Shown here piece after piece: positions 13,181 through 27,270 of a stretch of DNA of 64,000 bases (position 1 is the first letter of the stretch; each line of letters begins with the position of its first letter). A model generated the notes under the pieces. It was not told the origin of the DNA, did not search any database, and saw nothing but the letters and a program-made list of their open reading frames with translations. The DNA is taken from contig NC_087472.1 in assembly GCF_036321535.1 (NCBI RefSeq), forward strand, positions 102,798,001 to 102,862,000. The letters run 5' to 3'. The position numbers and the translations under genes are program-made. The DNA comes from Camelus dromedarius. Taxonomy: Eukaryota.

Positions 13181-14169
13181 CAAGCTGACACCTCTCCATT
13201 TTAGAAAATATTTTTCATGCAGGGAAAATGCTACAGAGGATATGAACAGTGCAGGGAGAAAAACTGTATTAGCTGAAACACAAACCCAAATCCTATTGGT
13301 GTATAGCTTCCCTATCTATTTGAGAGTATCAAGATGGCAACTGTTGATATTAGCAGTCCAGGGAACATAAATCAAGTGTGTCTGTGTCAGACACTTTATT
13401 CACCAGCACAGAAGAGCATTTGAAAGCTTATGGTTTATAGGAAAACAATCTGTGTGGTTACTGGAGAGATAAAGTTATGGGTAAGAGATGACAATCAAGA
13501 GGATAAAAAGGCTGAAGAGGAGGCAGAGTTCAATTTAAGAGGAAGGAGAAGGGTCCCCTCTACCATTCAAGGGAGAGACAAGTTATAAAGGACTTCCAAA
13601 GCCAAAATGCAAATTCTGAGAACTGTCCTAGGCAGTCTTCTGCACTCTCCTCTACCACTCGGCTACGATCACTGCTATGACACAGATTCATCTTACTGCT
13701 TATTGTCGGTGTGTGGCATCATGTGACCTTTAAACTGTTGCTTACAGATCTTTACTTCTCATCCCTTCATCTAGTTTAATTAGACCACGGGTCTTGGTGC
13801 ATCATCTTCTGGTCTGTTGTAGATATGGCTACAGATGGAACTGTTTCCGTGATATGAGGGAATGGAAAAGTAAGGAAAGGAAAACACGGTATTTGTGTTT
13901 TCCCTGCAGTGGGGAAAGATGTTTTGGAAGGCCTAAGGCCCACTGTTAGCATTCTTGAGATATTTTGTCTTTCTCTATGAGGTCTATGTGCAAGAGAGAT
14001 GGGCATGGAGACATTCATTCAAAAGATGAGATTCAGAAATATCAGCTTAAGAATAAGAAAACTGAGAAAGAGTAAAGTGCCCCTAATGGCAGAAGTTGGC
14101 CTGGAACCATCAGCTAAGCCTTGGTGTAGCTAGGAGCTAAGTGCGGTTAGTGCTCTCCTGGTGAATACA

Positions 14170-14638
14170 GATGATCTCAGTAACACCATCATCACACCAG
14201 CCCATGCTGAGATCACAACAGATCAAGAAAAAGAACAAGACCCCTCTGTAATCATGTCTGAACACAGATAAAAGCATGAACATTGTTCAAACCACAAAAA
14301 CGACCAAATTCCCCCCGATCTTGGCTAATAGAAGTGATTGCTGCTGCTTCACCAACTACAGCTAAAGCCTCACGCTAGTCTCTCCTTTAGATAAGCTTTA
14401 TTAAAGGCACAGAATTACCCCCATCTCCTGACAGTACCTAATCCAGAAAAAGTCCTACTTCCTGAACCTTCCCCCAAGCCACCTACTACAAGTCCAAATA
14501 CAACAATAAATCTTTCTAACCCACTCTTATTGAGATGCAATATGGTTCCCCATTGTGTCCATTCACTCTCATTGTAATAAATCAATTAAACCAACTTTGA
14601 CTACAGGTGTGTTTCTGGTGGTCTCTAGCTACAGGACA
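14170..14638 (+). mobile_element. ERV1 LTR (MER67/MER31 group)
   Basis: AACAAGACCCCTCTGTAATCATGTCTGAACA...AATAAA...ACAGGTGTGTTTCTGGTGGTCTCTAGCTACAGGACA terminus. Confidence 0.7.
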
Positions 14639-14888
14639 TAAACAGAAGTATATAGAAATTGAGTGGAATTGCTAAGACAACATGAACACCAAGAAAAATT
14701 GCACCTTGTGTATAATCTGCATATAGGTCAGTACCAAGTCAGTTATGTGCCCCTTAATGGGACTTTTTGCATTTCAATCATTTTTAGCTTGAGCTCTTTG
14801 CTACTAGAAGCAGGAACAAACAAATAAAGCTCCACTTCATATAGAAACCTTGTATAGACTATGTGTCTGCACTAGGTAAAGATGCCCA

Positions 14889-15016
14889 GGGGAAGGGGGA
14901 GGGTATAGCTCAAGTAGAGCTTGAGATGCATGAGGTCCCAGGTTCAACCTCCAGTACCTCCTCCAAATAGAAATAAATCAATAAACCCAATTACCACTCC
15001 CTCATAAAAAAAAAAA
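14889..15016 (+). mobile_element. tRNA-derived SINE (Vic-1-like, camelid)
   Basis: GGGGAGGGTATAGCTCAAG...GGTTCAACCTCCAGTACCTCC head with A/B boxes, A-rich tail, TSD AAAGATGCCCA at 14878-14888 and 15017-15027. Confidence 0.85.
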
Positions 15017-15384
15017 AAAGATGCCCATGGGAGAAGTATGAGGTACTAATCTTTAGTTGGTCTGAGAGCACAGGCATCCTTGTCAGACACTGAGGCTCAC
15101 GGAAGCTGGGGAAGGACAAGGAGACCAGCCCTAGAGTGACCACCATAAGGGAAAAAAGTGTAAGAGAAAGGCAGAGTGAGATGGAGTCCTGGAACTGCTC
15201 CCTACTGTTTACACTGGGAGAAAATGTTATCTGTGCCTGAACCTTCGCCCCAGCCCAGACATACAAATATCAATTTCCTGCAAAGACTCTTGGTGAACAG
15301 CTACATTCCCAAGGCTCTAGGCAGTTTTGCCAAGACCTTGTCCTTTTGAGAGGACATTTACACTTAAAGTGACTGTGTGGTAAT

Positions 15385-15600
15385 TAAAAATCAGGTTCTG
15401 GAGTCAGAAATACCTGATTTTAAATCTTAGCTCCATCAATTACAAATTGACCTTGGGAAAGTTCCTTAATATTTTCTGTTTTGGTTTCTTCATCTGACAA
15501 CAGAGACAATAATAACTAAATCTACTTCGTAGGGTTTTGTGGATTCAAAGGGCTTGCATAGTGCTTGGCCCATGATAAGCTTTCAACAAATGGTAGGTCA
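15385..15600 (+). mobile_element. MIR SINE
   Basis: CTGGAGTCAGA...TGACCTTGGGAAAGTTCCTTAA...TTTCTTCATCTG core. Confidence 0.7.
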
Positions 15601-16758
15601 TTATTTATACTATTAGTCTATATTTGGAAACACAATGACAGTGCCTATGTCCAATATTTGAATTTTTGGTTTTGGAGAGTTTTACGTAGTTACATGTGTA
15701 TACACTCAAATACATATGTGTCTGTATCACATATGGGGTTTTTCATGGATCCTGGTACTTGAATGCGCAAATGCTATCAAATTACAGGGCCCAGGTTAGC
15801 TCAGGGATGAATACATACCTGTAAAGTGCTAAAAGGGGCTTTGTAAATTTCCAAATCTTAGGGATGATAAATTTCATTTGGATTTTACCAAGTTGCCTCC
15901 CTAAGCTTGGGTACTTTGCTTCCTTAAAGAATTTGACAGCCCCTCCTGTCATTTTACATTTCCCGGTAGTTCCTGGACCAGAAATAATCATGATGACTGA
16001 TACCAGCTCTCCCCAACAGTGCTCTGACCCACAGGGACACCAAAGAGCCACAGTGAATAATTATTTAAAGATTACAAATTATTGCCTCTCCAACGGGGGC
16101 CTGTTTTAAAGCAGTCTCAATAGACCATAACTCCAAAGTCGAAACGGTGATAATGTTTTTCACTAAAAAGAGTTTAGAATGACTGTTGACTGATAGTTTT
16201 TCAAAGGGGAGGATCAGAGAAATCACCTAGCACAAGGGAAGTGTGCTGGAGGATTCCAGAGAGGAAAAAGACTGTGACCTTGACCAACTGTGGTTAAAAT
16301 AGCTTACATGTGTGAATTTGATGAAAACATATGACCACAAGAATCATTGCTCCTGTCCCTTCCAGGGCCTTGGAAGGAGTCATTGCCAATGGGGGGCCCA
16401 GAAGCTTAAGCTTCTTTAGTAAGGTCATCTCTGCCCCCAGTTGCCAGGCACTGAGAGAGCGCCCATTGTCACTTGTTGACCCAAAAGAATGGCTCTCTCG
16501 TGGTGCAGATTGGTGGGAGAGCAGAGTTAGGATCCCCCTCCCAGGCATTGGGCACAGTGTCTGTCTTATTAGCACTGAATTCCCAGGGCCAGTGTAATGC
16601 CTTTCACAGAAGAGGTGCTCAGTACATGGGGCTGCATGAAGAAGGCGATTATGAACTTGACTCCCACCATGGTGAACCCCAATGACTTATCAAGTGAGGG
16701 ATAAATGATGCTGGAGGTGTGCATAGCACTGACATTTACAAAGGCCTTTCTTGTATAC

Positions 16759-16985
16759 AAGAGGTTGGCAAACCACCGCTCATGAGCTGGTGGGTCAAAT
16801 CTAGCTCACAGCTTATTTTTGTAAATAAAGTTTTATTGAACACAGCCATGCTCATTTGTTTACTCATTGTCTAAACTGTTCTCCTGCTACAACAGCAGAG
16901 GTGAGTAGTTATGAGACCACATGGTCTGTAAAGCCTAAGATGTCTACCGTCTGGTCTTTTATAGGAAAAATTTATTAACTCCTGA
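16759..16985 (+). mobile_element. MER58A-like hAT-Charlie MITE
   Basis: GGTTGGCAAAC...TTTTTGTAAATAAAGTTTTATTGAACACAGCCATGCTCATTTG...AAAGCCTAAGAT. Confidence 0.8.
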
Positions 16986-17249
16986 TAACTATTATCATAT
17001 TGTGATTTTGAGCCTCATTTCATTCCTGTGAGGGAAGTCAGTCAGGTATGATTATTTCCACTGGATAGGTGGAAAAAACTGAGATTTGGCCAGTTAGATG
17101 TCTTTGTCTGGTTAGTTGTACAGCAAGTAAAGTGCTGAGACTGAACCTAACTCAAAGTGCTAGGACGAATTCAGATGTACATCAAGTGGAGGCTACCAGA
17201 CTACTTGTAAATGAGCCCATGTTATGAAACTTCGGACACGGGCAGCTTT

Positions 17250-17726
17250 GCTCCAAGGAGCTCAGAAAATGAGGCAAGACTCTATGTCTCCCCTAAGGCT
17301 TTTGGGCATCAGTTGTAGGAGTCCCAGACATCCCTGAGGCCTTATGACTTAGTCTACTCCAGCTACCTTCTACCTGCCAGTGTCAACACTTCTTTAGGTG
17401 GAAGGCCACTCTGCTCATAGATAGGACAGGCTAGAATTTCCAGGAAAGGATGCCTTCCAGGAGTGGCCAAAGACTGACAAGAGTTAGTGTGTAAATACCC
17501 CAGCTCCCACACCCCTTTCATTAAGTAACCTGGGGCAGGGGTTTTACATGTTTCTCAGAGTTAACATGTCGGATGCCGGCTTGATGACGCATGCTTTGTT
17601 GGCTGCCTTCTTCCCCTTTTCACATTTCCCCACTCTCCTACCAGTGCTATCTGCACCTCCCAAATAAACTATTGCTCTCATATGCTTTGCTCAGATTCTG
17701 CTTCTGGGGAAACCCAAGCAAAGACA
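17250..17726 (+). mobile_element. ERVL LTR (LTR16/LTR33-like); 5' boundary approximate
   Basis: GTAAATACCCCAGCTCCC...CTCCCAAATAAACTA...CTGCTTCTGGGGAAACCCAAGCAAAGACA terminus. Confidence 0.7.
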
Positions 17727-19399
17727 GGTTTGGATAAATGGAAGCACTCTTGGAGAAAAGCAAATATTTGGCCGCACGCTGATAGCTGAGTGCGCTGTTT
17801 CAAAGGGGGAAGATCAGTCATCGGGATGGAGTTAATCTCTTGTGGTTCATTCTATTAACCCAACTGCTAGTTTGCTGAGGGGGGCTCGCTTTCCCACCCT
17901 CACTGGTCCTGAAATCACCTCACCTGCCATGCGGGGAGGGATGTGTGTGTCAGCCAAGACCTCTGTGGTCACTGCTAAAGTGGAAAATAGTGCAATGTCA
18001 TCAATCAATGCCTCACACATGCTGTCAGCCAGAGGGCAATTAGTGTTACTCAGGATGAAAACTAATCTAAGGCTGTGGATGAATGGGTTATTGAAGAGAC
18101 TATCAAATCGGCCTGCCTGGAAGAAGTGACCAGAGGCGGCGGGAGTGCTCCTTGGCTGTGCCGGGCAACAGTTAGTGGAGAGCAGCATTCTGTCTCAGGC
18201 TTGGAGGGGGTCGTACCACTGATGGGAAGATTAGTCATTTTGCCTCCTTACTCTCTTCTGGGTTATCCCCTCAACAGACTCAGCAAATAGGGTACATCAA
18301 CTCTTATGGTTGTGGCCATGTTTTATTTTTTAAAAGCAAGAAAATGGAATTCCTTCAATGTATTCACAATGTTTCTTGCAAGCTTTTCCCTTTTATGTCT
18401 GCCTTTGGATCTCTCATACTGTTTGGATTTCTCTCTTCCTCTTCCCTTTGGCTCCTTCTGCCCCCAACCCTGCCTCATGTCTCTACCTCTGCCTCTGTCT
18501 GCATCTGCCTCTTCCCTTCCTGTCCTTCTGCCCTGTCTCTCTACCTTGTTTTTCCATCTGCTTCCCCCTTTCCCCCTCCTAGATTCTCTCTCTCTCTCTC
18601 TCTGTGCCCCCTTCCTCTGCTCTGGTCCTTATTTTGGTCCTTGGAATATTTCCTCATGTTCTGGTATTCTTTAAAGTAGGTTCACTTACTGAGTCCTTGA
18701 TCTTCCCCCCACCAAAAGCAGTGATGGTTAAAATCTTTCTATGTCATCTGTGGCCAAATAACCCAACATAAAATCAGTTAGATTCATTTTCAAGTAAAAT
18801 TCCCTCTTGGGCTTTAAAAGCCTGACTCCCTATAGTTCCCCATCTGGAAAGACTGTCTGCTTCTCTGTTTTTAGTGACGTCCTGCTGTACATGCTAAACA
18901 TTACCCAGCCGGTGGGGTAGTACAAAGTTCAGCCACCTCTTAGAAATAAGTGCCAAGTGTCATCTCCTCCTGTTTGCCTAGAGGGGCAAGAGAAAAAGTA
19001 GTAAAGGGCGAAGGCAGCTATAAAGACCTGCTGTTCACTGCTGCCTGGGGCTGCAGTTTTTGGCTGTGGTTCAGAAGTGCGCCTGTGAGGGGAGAGAGGA
19101 CGCAGGCAGCCTTCACTCCAGACTGGAGCCAATATGTCCACAGGCTAATTGTGACTGGAGATGAGATGTCCCTGATACCTTCACAAGACTGAGACCCGGA
19201 ACCTCCAAATAAGTCCTGGTTCTGAATCATCAGCCCCAAAGCAGAAGTTCTAAAAACCTGCTGGAAAGAAGCAAAGGGAGAGAAAGAATCTCCTCTCAAA
19301 GTCTCAAAATGATCTTGGAAATCAAAATGCCAAACAAAGTGAATAAACCGTATGCTAAAACAGTTGACAAAATCATCGATCAAAACATAAATTCACTCA

Positions 19400-21009
19400 A
19401 AATAAAACTGAAATCAGAGAATAAGCTTTAAAAAGATTTGCTCGTAAGTATGCCTAAGATGACAGGTTAAAAAAATAAATTTTCATAAATTAAACAGGTA
19501 ATTATAAAACAAAGCAGACAAAAGAATAAGAGTCTCAGTACATATGAAAGGAATCAAATAGAAAAATAAGTGACTAGAATTTAAAATAGGATAAGATAGT
19601 TCCTCAACATAAGATAAACTCAAAGCTAGACACATTTGAATAGAGAATTTGTGAACTGGAAAAGTCTTGAATATTCATCCAGAATCTAGCACATAGATCC
19701 TGATACCAAATATAAAAGATCGATTATAATGTGTAAAGATCGAGAAATCCATAGGCATAATACACGTGCCATGAGAAAAAAAAAAGAGGGGGAAGCTGAA
19801 GAAGCAGTATTTAAGGAAATACTGATGTAAGTTTTCCATAACTGAAGACTTGAGTCTTCAGAAAAAAGTTCACTTTAAGACTGAGCAGGACAAATAAAAT
19901 TATACCCAACTTTAGGCGCATCGTCGTGGAAATGAAGAACGGCAAGGATAAAGTGAAACTATCTTAAAAGCTACCGAATAGAGATGCTAGATATAATAGA
20001 ACAATTAGGAAGAGAGTAGGCTTCTCATTAACAATACTTGCAGGAATATAATGGAGTAATATATGCAAGCTAGAAATTTATGTGCATATAAATTCATATT
20101 CAAGAGTGAGGGAAAAATAAAAATATTTTCAGATTTACAAAGGCTGAATTTATGACTCACAGACCTTACTGAAAGAAGTATTAAAGTATATACTTTGGCA
20201 AGAAGAGAAGTGAGCGCAGAGGGAATGCTTAGGATGTGTGAAATAACAATGAACAAATAAGCTGATAAAATATGTCAGTAAGTCTAATGAATGACTTAAA
20301 AAATAACCATTTTTTATAAACAAGAGTGAAACTAAATCTTAGAACAACAATAAAATGGTGGAGACTGTTCAGTGCATTGTTAGAGCATGTTAAAATCTTT
20401 GCCTTAGGAAGGAGGATAAATAAAACTGATTAACTTTGGCTTAGAAAAATTTATACTTAAATATGTTTTTAAAAGTTGACGAGTGACTTCTAAAAAATAT
20501 AAAAAGATAAGTCTGAACAAAATAACAAAAATAAATGTAAATGAGTTAAATTTACCCAATAAAAGACATAGGCTATCAGACTGGATTAAAACCAAAAACC
20601 AAATCTGCTACCTTTAATTTATAAGAGAAATTCCTCAAAACAAACCACACATAAAGGTATAAAATAAAAAGCTAGGAGAAAATACATCTGGTTAATATTA
20701 ATCAATTTAAGTGATAGCAATATGTAAAGTGGAATTTAATTTAAAAGCATTGCTAGAAATAGAGAAATGGAATATTATAATAATAGTAGAAATCCACCAG
20801 AAAAAATAGAAAGGAAAGAAAAAGAATCCCTTTAATCTGATAAAGATTTATAAAAAGCCTATAGAAATCATGCTTATTAATTTTTATTATTGTATAATAT
20901 AAATCATAAACATTGTGTATAAAATAATCATGTACAAATCAAAGAATAGATTAAAATTTTTTCTTAATTTCTACTTTTTTGGGGGGTGGGGGCAGCTAAC
21001 TAGGTTTGT

Positions 21010-21065
<56 letters not shown>

Positions 21066-22430
21066 TGGAGGTACTGGGGATTGAACCCAGGACCTCATGC
21101 ATGCTAAGCATGTGCTCTACCAGAGCTATACCCTCTCCCAAGAGTAAATTTTTAAAATAGGGCTTAACATCATCCTTTTTTTGTTGTTTTTTAAACATCA
21201 TTCTTAAATAGACTTCTGCTCGTCATCAAAGTCAGTATGATATGGAAATATGGGCATTTTACTCATTGTGCTTTAGAGTAGTGTTTGCATCCAGATAAGG
21301 TGTCTGATTTTCACAAAAGCCTGAAGGTAGTTCAAAATTAGTTTAAGGAAACATGGGTTGAATCTTTTCACTTTGTAATCTCAACATCATACACCTTCCA
21401 TAAGATTTTCTCCTGGTAAATGGATTTTTCCAATTATTTAAAAAATTAATTATTGTCTAGTTGAGAGATGTTATTATTTGTTTACATTAACACTAAAGAC
21501 CTTTTTAGTCTTGAAAGACATCCCATATAAAATTAATATGAGTGGCTTAATAGGAGATTTTTGCAACATCAAAAACTATAGTCAAAGGATTAATACCTGC
21601 AATATACAAGGAAATTGTGCAAATCAACAAGAAAAAGAAAAGGGAGATAGGAAAATGGGTGAATTACATGAAAAGACAAGTCACAGAAACAGAATTCTAA
21701 ATGGGCAAACAAGAACAAGAAGAGATGCCCAACTTCTCTGGTAATCAGAAAAATACAAAGTAAAACAGCAATAGACCTTGTTTTCATGTTGTTGCCAAAA
21801 AAGTCATAAAATATCAAGTGTTTGTGAAGCAGTGAGGAAATAGAAAAACTCATGAACTACCAGCAGAGGTTTAGACTGGTGCAGCTACTGGTGACAAATA
21901 TAGTGGTGTTCTAAGTGAAATTATAGATATTCCCTATGAACTGGAACTCCCACTCCTTTGTACAGAATGTAGATACACTCTCATGCAGATCCATGATGGT
22001 ATCTGAATAAGCTTGCTCATTGGACCTTTGTTTGGGAAAACAAGGAGTTGGAGGCAACCTAGCTGTCCATCAAAGGGGAAATTGATAAATAAAAATGCAT
22101 GCTATTCTGGAATGAAAAGCATTTGCACTGTGGAAAAATCTTAAAAATACATTCTCAAGTGAGAAAAAGAAATAGATATGATCTGAAGACAATACCATCG
22201 TATAAATTTAAACACATATGGTTTTTAGTTTGCAAAGATGCATATATGTCGAAGGAGAGATGACAAACACATTCGAGTAGGTTTCTGGTTAGAGTGGAGA
22301 TGGAGCCATGGGACTAGTGATTGGTAATGAAGAAAAATAAAATAAAACAAGAAAGTGACTATGTACCACCTCATGGTGATAATATTCTCTAGTCTGGGGA
22401 ACGAAAGAACTCAGATTTCTGTACCTGGAA
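19400..22430 (+). mobile_element. Fragmented old L1M (ORF1-like to 3' pieces) interrupted by a SINE
   Basis: A-rich plus strand with degenerate L1 motifs (CAGACTGGATTAAAA; TAATCAGAAAAATACAAAGTAAAAC; CTGTCCATCAAAGGGGAAATTGATAAATAAA). Confidence 0.65.
20957..21139 (-). mobile_element. tRNA-derived SINE (Vic-1-like) with expanded (TAAA)n tail segment
   Basis: Plus strand GGAGGTACTGGGGATTGAACCCAGGACCTCATGCATGCTAAGCATGTGCTCTACC..AGCTATACCCTC; (TTTA)n at about 21008-21064. Confidence 0.85.
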
Positions 22431-23028
22431 TTAAAAGAAAAGTGATTGTGGTTTGTCTATTTTTGTTATCACCCTTCATTCTCATTGAACCCTTTTATTA
22501 GGATCTTTAATTACACACTGTAATGTCTTGGCTTTTTAAGCAAACATTCATGTTAATTGAGGTTAACTTTAATTTTGTCCCCTCTTCTCATATATAACTT
22601 ACCTTCCCTGTTGTATTAAATTGCTTGCACTTTCATAATGTTGTATTTTAAAGTATTTACATCCTGAGGGAATAAAAATTCTGTGTCAAAGAACTCTCCT
22701 TTGTGCTCAAGGTAAATTCTATTATCACAGGCTACACAGTGGATGACAGAGTGTTAATTTATCATCTATTGTAAGCACATTATAATGATGACACACAATT
22801 CATACTATTTGTGTCTATTAAATGAGTCTCTGGATCCTCACTAGTAGAGTTGCAGGCTATTTGAGTTTGAAGATAGTGTTTGATTAATTTAGTTCATCCA
22901 TTCATTTCAAAGAGAAGGAAGCTAAGTTTCAGAGAGAGTAAGTGACTTGCCTGACAACACACAGCTGTAGCTGTAGAGCTAAGACTAGAGCCATGCAATG
23001 CCCTTTACATTTATCCTCCTTGATCAGG

Positions 23029-23330
23029 CAGAAGTGCATTTACCTGAAGCCAGTGCAGCTTAATCCTCAAGGCTCCTAACTTCAGACTTTTCTTCCACCT
23101 CAACAGCAGGGCCCAAGAAAGGAGTTGACAGGACTATAGGTAAAATCTGCAAAAGTAAGATGTTTTAAATGGAATCAGTTAAGACCACTGTCTCTTTCCA
23201 TTTTGACTTCCTCTCCATCATATTTTCCCTTCATGTTGGGGAACAATGGAGTGGCCAAGAACATTATGTATTTGTAAGTTTGTATTATTTCTCTTAAAGA
23301 GTGCCTCCTTAGTACCTGGGTCCACCCCAA
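23029..23330 (+). mobile_element. hAT-Tip100-like (Zaphod/MER115-like) fragment
   Basis: Begins CAGAAGTGCATTTACCTGAAGCCAGTGCAGCTTAATCCTCAAGGCTCC, similar to the recalled family 5' end. Confidence 0.5.
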
Positions 23331-23399
23331 ACTTCACTTATAATGCTAATAATACCTGTTATTGATTGAGAGTTCATGACCGTCCTTGAACTTGCTACC

Positions 23400-24270
23400 C
23401 AATCTACGAATTTGAACATCACCAATGACTTACTCGGTGTTCTGCCCCTCTCTCATCCTAAGTCTCTCTCAGAGGTAGTCACTGTGTTAGTTTTGAGTTT
23501 ATTGTTCCCTTGTCTCTGTTTTGTTTTGTTTCATAACATATATGTTTGCTTTACAATATACAATTGTTTTGACTTGCAATGAACTTGATGACAGGGTCTT
23601 GTACTTTACTTAGCCTTCACCCAACATATTGTTGCAAGTAGCTGTGGTTCAATCATTTTCACTTCTGTTTAATGGTCCATTGTATGAACATATCATAATA
23701 GTTTACCCATTCTCCTGTCAATGGCATTTGGGTTTTTCCACGGTTTTTGCTATTTGAAGTGCTGCTATAGACATTTCTGTACATATTTTTGGATAACCAT
23801 GTGCAAGAGTTTCCTTTGGGTGTACATCCAGCGGTGAAATTTCTAGGTCATAGACTTTAAGGATGTTAAGCTTTATGATTTAATGTTTTATTATTATTAT
23901 TTTTTAAATTATTTATTTATTCATATTTTTTGGGAAGGGGGAGTTGATTAGGTTTGTTTGTTTGTTTGTTTATGTTTAGAGGAGGTACTGGGAATTGAAC
24001 CCAGGACCTTGTGTATGCTAAGCATGTGCTCTACCACTTGAGCTATACCCTGCCCCCTAATGTTTTATTATTTTTCCGAAGTATTTGGACCAATATATAA
24101 TACATGAGAGATGCATTACGTAAGAGATCCATCATTCCAGCTCCTTCTCAACACTTGGTATTGCCAAGCTTTCTGTTTTTTACAATCATATGGGTGTAAA
24201 ATGGAATCTCTTTGCAGTCTTGTCTTCCCATTTCTTGATTACTAGTTAAGATGTGCATCTTTTCAGGTCA
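23400..24270 (-). mobile_element. Old L1ME-like fragment
   Basis: TTTACCCATTCTCCTGTCAATGGCATTTGGG...CAACACTTGGTATTGCC...GGGTGTAAAATGG. Confidence 0.7.
23896..24057 (-). mobile_element. tRNA-derived SINE (Vic-1-like) inserted in an old L1
   Basis: Same SINE head; perfect TSD TAATGTTTTATTATT at 23881-23895 and 24058-24072. Confidence 0.88.
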
Positions 24271-24870
24271 TCTGCAATTCTTATAACAAAGCTGTAAGTT
24301 AGGGATTATCATCACGATGTCATAGACAGAGAAAGCGAGACACAGAGAACTTAAGTCACTTATCCAAGGTCACTCAGCTAGTAAGTGGTGGATCAAGGAT
24401 TCAAACCCACGTCTGCTAATCAAAACCCTGACAACTTATCAATCCCGTTATATTAACCACCCCATTTCTTTCCTACAGATTGTGAGGAATAAGAACCTTG
24501 GAGAAGTTGCCGCTTTAGGTCTTGTAAGATTGAGAACTCAAGCACTGAGAACGCTTTCTTTCTGAAAGTGTGGATCAGTAGCCATGGATCCACCAAAGCT
24601 AATGTCTGTGCCCTCTGGCTGTTTGCAGGAGTGGGAAGACCTGCTCTATTTAGCCCTCTGGGTTTGCGAATCTGGTATATCATTGCTTGCTTGGTGATGA
24701 ACTTTTAGAATAATACTTAAATTATTACATAAATGCAGAGCTGAGAAAAAGTTGGCTTTTAATTTTCATTCTCTGAACTGTTACTCTGGCAGGAATGAGG
24801 GGATGTCACGTTTCATAAAGTCGCCAATTACAAAGATATCCAGAATATGCAATTGATCTGACTATTACAG

Positions 24871-24936
24871 GTTTTTGGTTTTTGGTTTGTTTTTTGTTTT
24901 TGTTTTTGTTTTTGTTTTTGTTTTTGTTTTTGTTTT
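24871..24936. repeat. (TTTTTG)n microsatellite
   Basis: Directly visible in the sequence. Confidence 0.9.
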
Positions 24937-25379
24937 AATCAGGGCCTCTTCCACCCTGGGCTCCGGTGACCTCACACAGCCCAAGGAGTGACCTGACAGG
25001 GGAGGATGGTGTTGGCTTCACCTAGGACTGCTGCCAAGGAGCCTGGGCCCAAGCCCTCTGCAACACACCCTGAAAGGGAGCTGTCATGGGAGAGCCAATC
25101 CTTATCTGTGTCCCTGCCTCAGGGACATAGGAGCACAGCAAACATGTGCTACAAATGCCTGCCCTGGGCATTGAGTTTTGAAGGAGGGGAAAAAACAATC
25201 TTGTAATTTTGGATGCAAAAAATCCATAGCTTTCAGATGTCTGGCATTTCTTCAGTCCAGATAGCTGACTTTAGCAACAAAACAAGGGATAAAGAACGAG
25301 TCCCTTTGCAGGAATTTTGACAATAAAGACATCTGCCTTGGCATCTCTGGGGAGAGGTGATCACAGGGTTCTTGTGATC

Positions 25380-27270
25380 TAGGTCCCTTGTACTTCCATA
25401 TGAAATTTAGAATCGCCTTATCAATTTCAAGAGGCAGCTGGCCTTTTGATAGGGAATGTATTGAACCAGTAGATAAATGTGAGGAGTGTTGTCATCTTAA
25501 CAATATTAAATCTACCAATTCGTGAACATGGTATTTCCATTTATTTAGGCCTTTAAAGTTTTTCAATGATGCTTGGTAGTTTCCAGTGTGCAGTGAGTCT
25601 TGTATTTCTTTTGTTAAATTTATTCCTAAGTAGTTTGGTTTTTTTGATGCTATTATAAATGAAATTTCTTAATTTCATTTTTGGATTTTCATTGCTGGTA
25701 TATAAAAATACAATTGATTTTTGTATCTTGATCTTGTATACAGCAACCTTGCTGGACTCATTTATTAGTTCTAATAGTTTTTTGTGGATTCCTTAGGATT
25801 TTCTAAACACAAAATCATGTCATCTACCAAGAGAGAGAGTTTTACTTCTTCCTTTTCAATCTTGATGCCTTTTATTTATTTTTCTTGCCTAACTGTTCTG
25901 TCTAGGACTTCTAGCACAAGGTTGACTGGAAGTGGCAAGAGCAGGTGTCCTTGCATTTTTCCTGATCCTAAGAAGAAACTGTTCAGTCTTTCACTATTCA
26001 GCACGATATAACTTTCTTTTTTTTTTTTTTTTGTAAATGCCCTTCGTTAGTTTGAGGAAATTCTTCTACTGCTAGTTTGCTAGTTTGTTGGATTTTGTCA
26101 AATGCTTGATCAGCATCTATTGAGATGATCATGTGGCTATTGTTCTTCATTCTATTGATATAATGAATTAAATTGATTGTCACATGTTAAGCCAAGCTTT
26201 CACCCCTGGGATAAATTCTCCTTGGTCATGGTATATAATCCTTTTTAATATGTTGCTAGTTTGCTAGGATTTTGTTGAGATTTTTGCATCTATAACATTT
26301 GGGATATTGGTCTGCCATTTTCTTTTTTATTCTGATGTATTTGTCTGGTTTTGGTATCAAGGCCTCATAGAATGAGTTGTGAAATGTTCCCTCTCCTATT
26401 TTTTGGAGCCTGAGCTTTTCTCTGTAGAAAGTTTATGATTACTATTTCAATCTCTTTACTTGTTAGAAGTCTACTAAAATTTTCTATTGCTTCTGGAGTC
26501 CATTTCGGTAGTTTGTGTCTTTCTAGAATGTGCCCATTTTAATCTTGGTTATCTAATATGTTGGCATATAATATCTCAGAATTCCCTTATGATCTTTTTT
26601 ATTTCTGCAAGGTTGGTAATAAAGTCCCCTCTTTCATTCCTGATTTTAGTTATTTGAGTGTTCTCTTTTTTCTTGGTCAATATAGCTAAAAGTTTGTCAA
26701 TTTTTGCTGATCTTTTCAAATAATCCACATTTGGTTTCCTCAGTTTTCTTTATTGTTTTTATATTCTGTGTTTTGTTTATTCCTGCTCTAATCTGCATTA
26801 TTTCCTTCCTTCTGCTTGCTTTGGGTTTAGTTTGCTATTCTTTTGCTAGCTTCCTAAGATGGAATATTAGGTTATTAATTTGAGATATTCTCCCCTATCC
26901 TCTGAGTACTACTTTAGCTACATGTCACAAGTTTTGGTATGTTGTATTTTCATTTATTTTCTAATTTCCATTATGATTTTTTCTTTGACTATTGGTTATT
27001 TAGGAGTGTGTTGTTTAATTTCCACATATTTGTGAATTTCTTAAATTTCCTTCTGTTATTGATTTCTATTTTTTTTTCCATTGTGGTTGGAGAATATACT
27101 TTGCATGACTTCAATTCCTTTAAATTTATTGAAATGTGTTTTTCTGGCCCAACACATGGCCTATCCTAGAGAATGTTCCATGTACACTTGACATGAATGT
27201 GTATTTTGCTCTTGTTGGTTCTGTAGATGTATGTTAGGTCTAGCTGATTTATAGTGTTGTTGAAACCTTT
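25380..27270 (-). mobile_element. L1M ORF2 fragment (degenerate)
   Basis: ORF 25998-26183 gives [30 protein letters not shown], matching the L1 reverse-transcriptase motif [25 protein letters not shown]-rich plus strand. Confidence 0.9.

Noticed and set aside
14889..14960. tRNA-like A/B boxes (also near 21070, 23990 and 45170)
   Set aside because: These are SINE heads with A-rich tails, some with TSDs, not tRNA genes.
18306..18679. Hydrophobic ORFs in three frames
   Set aside because: Artefact of a CT-rich low-complexity tract lacking stop codons.
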